A stretch of DNA of 46,202 nucleotides, taken from positions 1 to 46,202 of the forward strand of contig JANLOW010000358.1 of NCBI GenBank assembly GCA_031366785.1, given 5' to 3'. Made by a program: the position numbers and the translations under genes. Shown piece after piece: positions 40,018 through 46,202 of this stretch; within the stretch, counting starts at the first letter, position 1, and each line of letters opens with the position of its first letter. The DNA is from Bacteroidota bacterium (GTDB taxonomy: Bacteria > Bacteroidota > Bacteroidia > AKYH767-A > 2013-40CM-41-45). The notes below the pieces were generated by a model, which had not been told where the DNA came from, made no database searches, and worked only from the letters and a program-made list of their open reading frames with translations.

Positions 40018-40713
40018 ATGAAAACATTTGCAGATAAAATTATAGCATTTAATAAAAAACTTAATTATAATGGCTCTTTACCTGCCGGCATAAGAATAAT
40101 GAATCCATTTAAAGAAGATAAAAATATTATTAAAATATCATCTGCTTTTTATAAAAAATATTACAACGACAATAGTGAAAGGCATTTAATATTAGGGATT
40201 AATCCGGGCAGGCTCGGTGCCGGATTAACAGGCATTCCATTTACCGACCCCAAAAAGTTAGTTTCAAATTGTGGCATTAATTATTCCGGAGATATTGCAC
40301 ACGAACTTTCATCAGTTTTTCTCTATGACGTGATAAAAGAATTTGGTGGTGAAGAAGTATTTTATAAACAATTTTATATTAACTCCGTTTGTCCATTAGG
40401 TTTTACGTCTATAAATGAAAATGGTAAAGAAGTAAATTATAATTATTACGATAGTAAAGAGTTGGCCGGAATTGTTTTTAACTTTATTATTAGAAGCATA
40501 AAAAAACAAATTGCATTCGGAATAAACACTGATCTGTGTTTTTGTTTCGGGAAGGGTAAAAATGAAAAATTTCTACTTGATATTAATAATCAATTTGGAT
40601 TCTTTAAAAGGGTTGTTGCTTTAGAGCATCCAAGATATGTAATGCAATACAAGTTAAAGTATAAAAAAGATTACATAAACAAATATCTTGAAGCTTTTAA
40701 TTTGGCACAATGA
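40018..40713 (+). CDS. UDG-superfamily protein, SMUG-like (DUF4918/SMUG2-type)
   Basis: Motif 1 is LILGINPGRLGAGLTGIPFTDP (compare SMUG1 GMNPGPFG). Motif 2 is LEHPRYVMQY (compare HPSPRN). Length is 231 aa. Confidence 0.55.
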   Translation: MKTFADKIIAFNKKLNYNGSLPAGIRIMNPFKEDKNIIKISSAFYKKYYNDNSERHLILGINPGRLGAGLTGIPFTDPKKLVSNCGINYSGDIAHELSSVFLYDVIKEFGGEEVFYKQFYINSVCPLGFTSINENGKEVNYNYYDSKELAGIVFNFIIRSIKKQIAFGINTDLCFCFGKGKNEKFLLDINNQFGFFKRVVALEHPRYVMQYKLKYKKDYINKYLEAFNLAQ

Positions 40714-40807
40714 GAATAAGATTTAATTTAGCATTAGCAGGGGGGAATAAAAAAAAATTTAATAAAGTTTTCAAAAATTTCACTTACAAAGAGTTCAAAC
40801 TAATTAC

Positions 40808-41158
40808 CTACTTTTTTTTTAATTGTAGAGTTTTTCTATACAAAAGAGGTACATAGTATAACATCATCGTCAATAATCCTGCTAGAAAAAAAACAGTGGC
40901 TTGGGTTCTGAAGGAATCGTCGTAAAAAAATTCACCGATCATCCAGGTTGAATTTGCACAAATCCAAAAGCAAACGGCCAGGTTATGTGCCAATTCTGAT
41001 TTGTCCCTTTTATGAATGATTGTAATGTAGATTGCCAGAGCAAGCGTTGGGATTATCATGAAAACTCCCAATGATTTTGAAATAGTTACCCAGCAAAGAT
41101 CTTTTAAAAGCCAAAGTAGAATGTGAAAATTTTCGAATTTTCGGATGTGTATGTTCAT
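40808..41158 (-). CDS. Small integral membrane protein, hypothetical
   Basis: It is 116 aa with about four hydrophobic segments. I recognise no family. Confidence 0.45.
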   Translation of the reverse strand: MNIHIRKFENFHILLWLLKDLCWVTISKSLGVFMIIPTLALAIYITIIHKRDKSELAHNLAVCFWICANSTWMIGEFFYDDSFRTQATVFFLAGLLTMMLYYVPLLYRKTLQLKKK

Positions 41159-41184
41159 CCGTTGAAAATATGGTTTTTTTTAAT

Positions 41185-41223
41185 ACTGTTTATCAAAAAT
41201 TAATAAATAAAAAGATAAACAGT
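41185..41223 (-). terminator. Candidate hairpin downstream of gpx
   Basis: ACTGTTTATC (41185-94), a 19-nt AT loop, GATAAACAGT (41214-23). There is no clear U-tract, so the call is weak. Confidence 0.3.
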
Positions 41224-41280
41224 TTAATTGATTATTGTAAAATGTTGAATATAAAAATTGAAGAGTAATTTATTCAATTT

Positions 41281-41793
41281 TTAATTTTCAATCGCCTTGA
41301 TAATTTTTTCATCCATTGGCAACATTTTATCATGAAAACGGTGAATTAATTTTCCATTTTCATCGAGTAAGAACTTTTCAAAGTTCCATCGTATGTCACC
41401 CGTTTTATCGGGATTCGGTTGTGTAATTAACCACTGAAATAGTGGATCAATATCTTCACCTTTAACAGAAACCTTTGACATCATCGGAAAAGTGACATCA
41501 TAATTCTTTTTACAGAAAGAAGCTATTTCTGAATTATTACTAGGTTCTTGTTTACCGAAATTATTGGCAGGAAAACCAATGACTACAAGTTTGTTTTTAT
41601 ATTTTTCATATAATTTTTCGAGGTCAGAATATTGTGGAGTATTGCCACATTCAGATGCAGTATTAACGATTAGAATTTTTTTTCCTTTATAAATGGAAAG
41701 ATCTACAATTTTGCCATCAATGGATATTGGTTTAAATTCATATATATTCGACGGAGATGAAAACAACAGGGAAAGAATAAACATTAGTTTCAT
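41281..41793 (-). CDS. gpx: Glutathione peroxidase (Cys-type) with N-terminal signal-like segment
   Basis: It has VNTASECGNTPQY (peroxidatic Cys), FPANNFGKQEP and WNFEKFL. Confidence 0.88.
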   Translation of the reverse strand: MKLMFILSLLFSSPSNIYEFKPISIDGKIVDLSIYKGKKILIVNTASECGNTPQYSDLEKLYEKYKNKLVVIGFPANNFGKQEPSNNSEIASFCKKNYDVTFPMMSKVSVKGEDIDPLFQWLITQPNPDKTGDIRWNFEKFLLDENGKLIHRFHDKMLPMDEKIIKAIEN

Positions 41794-41879
41794 GTTTTAA
41801 GGTCTTGTTTGGCTTTATTTAACAATCAAAAATACTAAGAAAATTCGTTACACCCCAAATTATTTTTTTTCATTAAAAG

Positions 41880-41911
41880 TCTTGAGTCTTGAGTCTTGAG
41901 TCTTTGAGTCC
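41880..41911 (+). repeat. Tandem heptamers TCTTGAG x3, then TCTTTGAG and TCC
   Basis: Read directly from the sequence. It lies between the patatin stop (41916) and the gpx start (41793). Confidence 0.85.
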
Positions 41912-41915
41912 TTTT

Positions 41916-44204
41916 TTAATTCAAAGCACTTTTATTAAAAATAAAATATCCAAAGTGAAATAAAAATGAAAATGGTTTATCGCGATTATCGAAATAATTT
42001 ACGAAAAGTCCTATTGGGCCAATAGGACTGTGAAATACTGTACCTACAGAACCTACATAATACCTTTTCGAAAGAACTTCTCCATAATAAGTTTTATTTT
42101 CAGGAGTGGGTAATAATTCTTTGTATGGCTGAAAAATATATCCTTCGAGAAGGAGTTCAATATTATTTCTTAATGTGATTACATTTTTTGATCCGAGTCC
42201 TGCAAAAGTATGAGCCCGAAAGGAAGGAAGAAATATTGTTTTAGATTCCTGAATAGGAAAATATCCTGGACTATTTAAAACAGAACTGATATAATTGGCG
42301 AAGAAAGGAATTTCTGTTGTTACGAATTCGAAATACATTCCAAATTTTATTTCCCCTTTTTTCTTAAAATAGTTTTCATATTTAAGATTGAACTGAAACC
42401 AATCATGATACTTTTCTTTCTTTCCTCGTTCGGTTGACGTTGATCCGGGAATTGTAATTTCAAGTACGTTGGCATATTGTATTCGTGTATTTAAAAATGT
42501 TCCCTGGCTTGGATATTCTTTTCTGTTTAGTGTATTTCTTTCAAAGGTGATAGAACCGGTCGGTCCTCGAATTATCGTTTCATCAGCGGTATCGTTCGAT
42601 AGAAAGTCCTGTGTCTGATAGTAATTATCGGAAATTCGAATGTAAGATGTGGAAGCAATTATTTTTCCTTTATTTCTAGCTGGAATTCCTAAATTTAATC
42701 CGAAATTATAATCTGATTTTAAAATATAAGAAGGTTTTTGTTCAGAGAAAAATGCAGCATTGCTGCTGCTAAAAAAATCATATTGATTGAGTGTAATTTC
42801 AGTTTCCAAAAAATATGGAAATCGTGCCGGTGAGTCCATACGAATGCGTAATTGTCCGGAAGTATATAATTTACCGAAATAAAAATTCCCATTAAAATTA
42901 TATGCTTTCCGATTCCAAACATTGTATTGTAAACCGACAAATGCTTCACTCACCGGTCGTGATGAAATGTTTCCGCCAAATTGTGTTATAACATCACGTT
43001 CTCTCTCAATTTTTAAATTAAGGTCAAAAAAACCAGAAGTCTTATTAAACTTTAGGGAAGGATATAATCCTTTCACATTCGGATCAGCGACTAATGCATA
43101 ATAGGAAGCTTTGAGTCTTTTCAAAGGAATCGGTGCTGTCCCCGGTTTAATAATCTGTCTAACATATTCCGCTTGCTTTGAATTAATACCTTCAATATTT
43201 ATTTTATCAATAATAACATCGGGGAGAAGTGAACGGTATTCTTTTCGGCGTTGAGTTCTTTGTGAAGGTGTGATGCGACGTTGAATATTTATTTTTAAAC
43301 GCTCCATTTGGTCCTGTGTAGATTTATAGCCTTCATTAATTAATTCTTTAATTTTAGAAAAATCAAACAACCCAAATCGATTTGTATTAGACTCAATTAA
43401 AATTCCATTTTCACATAGTACTGAGAAATTTGTTGGCGTAGTCATCATTGCTCTTATTTGCGAAATGATATTTCCTTCTGTAGTAGGTGTATTTGTACCG
43501 GCAGCATTTGAACCAATGATTATATCCGGTTGAAAATCGTCGAGGATTACGTCTGCAGGAAAATTATTATACATGCCACCATCGTAAAGAATCTTATTAT
43601 CAAAAACAACAGGTTTGAAATAGAATGGATAAGCGGAAGAAGCCCTAACCGCTTGAGCTAAATCGCCATTACGGAAAATTATTGTTTTTTTGTTTTCTAT
43701 ATCTGCTGCAACACAGCGAAATGGAATATACAGAGAATCGAAATTATAATCTGCTTTAGCAATTGGCCCTGCCGTATTTTCAAGCAATGAATAATCATAC
43801 GGAATGGAGCTTACAATACTCGTTGGAAGTGAAGTGGAGAAAACGGAATCCAAAGAAAACTTTATACTTATCCATGATGCATTTTCATCTTTCTTTCGGA
43901 AATAATAGGTGTAATTATCATCAATAATTCCTGTAGCCCAATTATAGAAATCCTCTGTATTTACAATGGAGTCAATTTGTTCGGGTGAATAACCTAAGGC
44001 ATACATGCATCCGACGATGGCTCCGGCAGACGTTCCTGCTATGTAGTCAATCGGAATATTGGCCTCCTCTAATGCTTTTATAACTCCGATATGTGCCATA
44101 CCCCTGGCACCGCCGCCACTGAGGACTAGTCCCACTTTTTGTGAATAAGCATTTGAAGCAATAAAAAAAAGAAATAGAAGAATACGTAATTTGAATGAAA
44201 ACAT
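41916..44204 (-). CDS. Patatin-like phospholipase fused to a C-terminal Omp85/surface-antigen-type beta-barrel region
   Basis: It has a signal peptide, the oxyanion motif LVLSGGGARGMAHIGV, the nucleophile motif GTSAGA and the DGG motif YDGGMYNN. The long C-terminal half has strand-like alternation and ends ...FHFGYFIF. Confidence 0.8.
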   Translation of the reverse strand: MFSFKLRILLFLFFIASNAYSQKVGLVLSGGGARGMAHIGVIKALEEANIPIDYIAGTSAGAIVGCMYALGYSPEQIDSIVNTEDFYNWATGIIDDNYTYYFRKKDENASWISIKFSLDSVFSTSLPTSIVSSIPYDYSLLENTAGPIAKADYNFDSLYIPFRCVAADIENKKTIIFRNGDLAQAVRASSAYPFYFKPVVFDNKILYDGGMYNNFPADVILDDFQPDIIIGSNAAGTNTPTTEGNIISQIRAMMTTPTNFSVLCENGILIESNTNRFGLFDFSKIKELINEGYKSTQDQMERLKINIQRRITPSQRTQRRKEYRSLLPDVIIDKINIEGINSKQAEYVRQIIKPGTAPIPLKRLKASYYALVADPNVKGLYPSLKFNKTSGFFDLNLKIERERDVITQFGGNISSRPVSEAFVGLQYNVWNRKAYNFNGNFYFGKLYTSGQLRIRMDSPARFPYFLETEITLNQYDFFSSSNAAFFSEQKPSYILKSDYNFGLNLGIPARNKGKIIASTSYIRISDNYYQTQDFLSNDTADETIIRGPTGSITFERNTLNRKEYPSQGTFLNTRIQYANVLEITIPGSTSTERGKKEKYHDWFQFNLKYENYFKKKGEIKFGMYFEFVTTEIPFFANYISSVLNSPGYFPIQESKTIFLPSFRAHTFAGLGSKNVITLRNNIELLLEGYIFQPYKELLPTPENKTYYGEVLSKRYYVGSVGTVFHSPIGPIGLFVNYFDNRDKPFSFLFHFGYFIFNKSALN

Positions 44205-44235
44205 ATTTATTTTCGAAAACAGAAGATTGGCTAAA

Positions 44236-45033
44236 TTACAAAGCTAAATTGATTTTACCTCTTACTGTTGAGAAATAAGATGGCGCTTTTAAAAGCCGAG
44301 ATCCATACCATGAAAACATTTCACCATCGACTAAAAAAACTTCACTTACAGGTAATAATTTTCTAAATTCCGAAAGATCCTTTTCCTTAAAAGGATAAGG
44401 TTCTGAAGATAAAAATACTACATCAGGATTGGCACTTTTTAACTCATTAATTGTTACTTGAGGGTATCTTTCTTTTTCTGAAAAAATATTTTTAAATCCG
44501 GCATAATGCATCATTTCGGAAATAAAAGTATCGCTGCCAACTGTCATAATGGGATTTTTCCAAATCAAATATGCACATGAAATCAATTTTTTCTTTTTCG
44601 CTTTTAAAATTTCAAATTTCAGAATGATTTTATTGATCAGTTCAATGCCTTTCTTTTTTTTGTTTACGATACAAGAGATTTCTTCAATCATTACTAATGC
44701 ATCTTCAAGAGTACGGATATCAGAAATCCAAACAGGAAAATCGTTTATTAAAGTGTTGATCTGGCTTTCTTCATTTTCCTCCTTATTCGCAATGATAAGA
44801 TCAGGTTTCAGTATTTGAATTTTTTTGAGATTCAGATTCTTTGTTCCGCCGATTCTCATTTTCGTACGAAACCAATCATTCGGATGAGTACAAAATTTCG
44901 TTATTCCAACTACTTCATCACACAAGCCAAGGTCAAAAAGTAATTCCGTTTGTGAAGGAACCAGGGAAATGATTCGAATAGGATGGCTATGTAAAACTAT
45001 TTTTCGATTAAGTTGATCGAGTGAAGTAATCAT
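44236..45033 (-). CDS. BtuF/TroA-like (class III) substrate-binding protein without an obvious signal peptide
   Basis: RIISLVPSQTELLFDLGLCDEVVGITKFC and KPDLIIANKEEN are typical of Peripla_BP_2. The N-terminus MITSLDQLNRKIVLHSH is not hydrophobic. Confidence 0.6.
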   Translation of the reverse strand: MITSLDQLNRKIVLHSHPIRIISLVPSQTELLFDLGLCDEVVGITKFCTHPNDWFRTKMRIGGTKNLNLKKIQILKPDLIIANKEENEESQINTLINDFPVWISDIRTLEDALVMIEEISCIVNKKKKGIELINKIILKFEILKAKKKKLISCAYLIWKNPIMTVGSDTFISEMMHYAGFKNIFSEKERYPQVTINELKSANPDVVFLSSEPYPFKEKDLSEFRKLLPVSEVFLVDGEMFSWYGSRLLKAPSYFSTVRGKINLAL

Positions 45034-45128
45034 CCGTGAATAATTCTCAATTATTTATGAATATAAATTTGGAATTTCAGATTTTAGAGTTCTAAGCCTA
45101 AATTAAATTATTTTGCAATTGCTTTGAT

Positions 45129-45205
45129 GTACGAACAAGGATTAACGATTTTTGATTTCAAATCTTTAATACTTCGAAAAACAAAAATCGTTCATCCTTG
45201 TTCGT
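45129..45205. other. 25-bp inverted repeat (one mismatch) with a 27-nt loop
   Basis: TACGAACAAGGATTAACGATTTTTG (45129-45153) pairs with CAAAAATCGTTCATCCTTGTTCGTA (45181-45205). It starts 11 nt downstream of the stop of the CBS-like gene and lies 96 nt upstream of the binding-protein start. Confidence 0.8.
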
Positions 45206-45215
45206 AAAGAGTTTG

Positions 45216-46202
45216 TTACTTAATCAGTGCCTCAGCGATATCACTTTTCGTAATTATAAATGTGCGTCCCGCTTTGAAATCCTTAACCAATACAGCCATT
45301 CGGTCACCAGCAATCATTTCTGATAATTCTGTTATTGGCGTAGTAATATCTGCGAATGGCAGGGCTTCTTGCATTATTGATCCTACCTTATCATCTTTGG
45401 CGGAAGTGTTTTTCAAAATGTGATTAAAGACAAGGTTTTCATAGATGGATCCTACGATTCTGTCATCGGAGGTAACCGGTATTTGTGAAAAATTATTTTC
45501 ATTGATAATTCGTAGCGCCTGTGCAATGGTATCGTTTTTATCGATGGTTACTAATTCTGTATTTTTCCTATTACCAACAATATCACTGGCAGTCATACCT
45601 TTCTTATCGATATATCCCATTTTACGCATCCATTCATCGTTGAATATTTTTCCCAGGTATCGGGTACCATGATCGTGGAAAAGAACAACAACAACATCTT
45701 TTTCGGTTAATTTTTCTTTAAGCTGATGTAAGCCGGCAATTGCAGAACCGGCTGAGTTACCTACCCAAATTCCCTCTTTTTTAACAATCTCTCTCGTCAT
45801 TAAAGCGGCATCTTTATCGGTCACTTTTTCGAAAAGATCGATGAGACTGAAGTCTACATTTTTCGGAAGAAAATCTTCGCCGATACCTTCAGTTACATAG
45901 GGATAAATTTCATTTTTGTCAAAAATTCCTGTCTCTTTGTATTTTTTAAAGACTGATCCATACACATCAATACCCCAGATTTTTATAGCCGGATTTTTTT
46001 CTTTCAGATAACGAGCTGTTCCGCAAATTGTCCCGCCGGTTCCTACACCGACGACAAAGTGAGTGATTTTACCATCCGTCTGATCCCAGATTTCAGGGCC
46101 GGTTTGTTCATAATGAGCCTGAGAATTGGAAGGATTATCGTATTGGTTGGGGTAGAAAGAATTCTTGATTTCCTTGTTTAATCTGGCCGCAACAGAATAG
46201 TA
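45216..46202 (-). CDS. Cystathionine beta-synthase / cysteine synthase-like PLP enzyme with a C-terminal CBS-domain pair (N-terminus outside the window)
   Basis: The frame is open to the window edge. The upstream translation reads ...YYSVAARLNKEIKNSFYPNQYDNPSNSQAHYEQTGPEIWDQTDGKITHFVVGVGTGGTICGTARYLKEKNP. The C-terminal half has two CBS-like repeats. The track start at 45965 is an internal GTG. Confidence 0.8.
   Translation of the reverse strand, partial: YYSVAARLNKEIKNSFYPNQYDNPSNSQAHYEQTGPEIWDQTDGKITHFVVGVGTGGTICGTARYLKEKNPAIKIWGIDVYGSVFKKYKETGIFDKNEIYPYVTEGIGEDFLPKNVDFSLIDLFEKVTDKDAALMTREIVKKEGIWVGNSAGSAIAGLHQLKEKLTEKDVVVVLFHDHGTRYLGKIFNDEWMRKMGYIDKKGMTASDIVGNRKNTELVTIDKNDTIAQALRIINENNFSQIPVTSDDRIVGSIYENLVFNHILKNTSAKDDKVGSIMQEALPFADITTPITELSEMIAGDRMAVLVKDFKAGRTFIITKSDIAEALIK

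Noticed and set aside
41281-41793. Selenocysteine recoding in glutathione peroxidase
   Set aside because: The frame is uninterrupted and the peroxidatic residue is an ordinary Cys codon (ASECGNT). There is no in-frame TGA.
45034-45215. Cobalamin riboswitch upstream of the BtuF-like gene
   Set aside because: Reading the minus strand, I find no B12-box-like GCCACTG core or the usual GC-rich multi-stem junction. The region is AT-rich apart from the long inverted repeat.

Overview
This is an AT-rich chromosomal segment that looks Bacteroidota-type. Supporting signs are a T9SS C-terminal sorting domain, TAnnTTTG -7 promoter boxes, almost no Shine-Dalgarno sequences, and a DUF3467 gene after rpoC. 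Most of the window is core housekeeping. The right-centre holds the conserved block tRNA-Thr/Tyr/Gly/Thr - tuf - tRNA-Trp - secE - nusG - rplK - rplA - rplJ - rplL - rpoB - rpoC - DUF3467 (25973-39802). The left part carries a four-gene TetR/TolC/MFP/RND efflux operon on the minus strand, divergent from purB. It also carries rluE-like, an M43 metalloprotease with a T9SS tail, mqnA, hemE, ung, an Omp85-family protein, lipA and gap. The right end carries a SMUG-like glycosylase, gpx, a patatin/Omp85-type fusion, a lone BtuF-like binding protein and a truncated cystathionine-beta-synthase-like gene. The only accessory-looking stretch is 13207-15686: an orphan PAS histidine kinase flanked by a decayed HNH-nuclease-like gene and a decayed antitoxin/RelE-ParE-like pair. 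I find no CRISPR array, transposase, integrase, rRNA or convincing novel multi-gene system. The most unusual signal is at the DNA level: tandem arrays of 7-bp units in at least seven gene-upstream intergenic regions, the longest (11 units) running into the lipA start codon. Other points worth a second look are a perfect 10+10 bp palindrome in front of the TetR gene, strong hairpins between rplL/rpoB and rpoB/rpoC, a 25-bp inverted repeat near the right end, and two small ORFs below the ORF-track cutoff. All family assignments come from reading motifs by eye. No searches were run.
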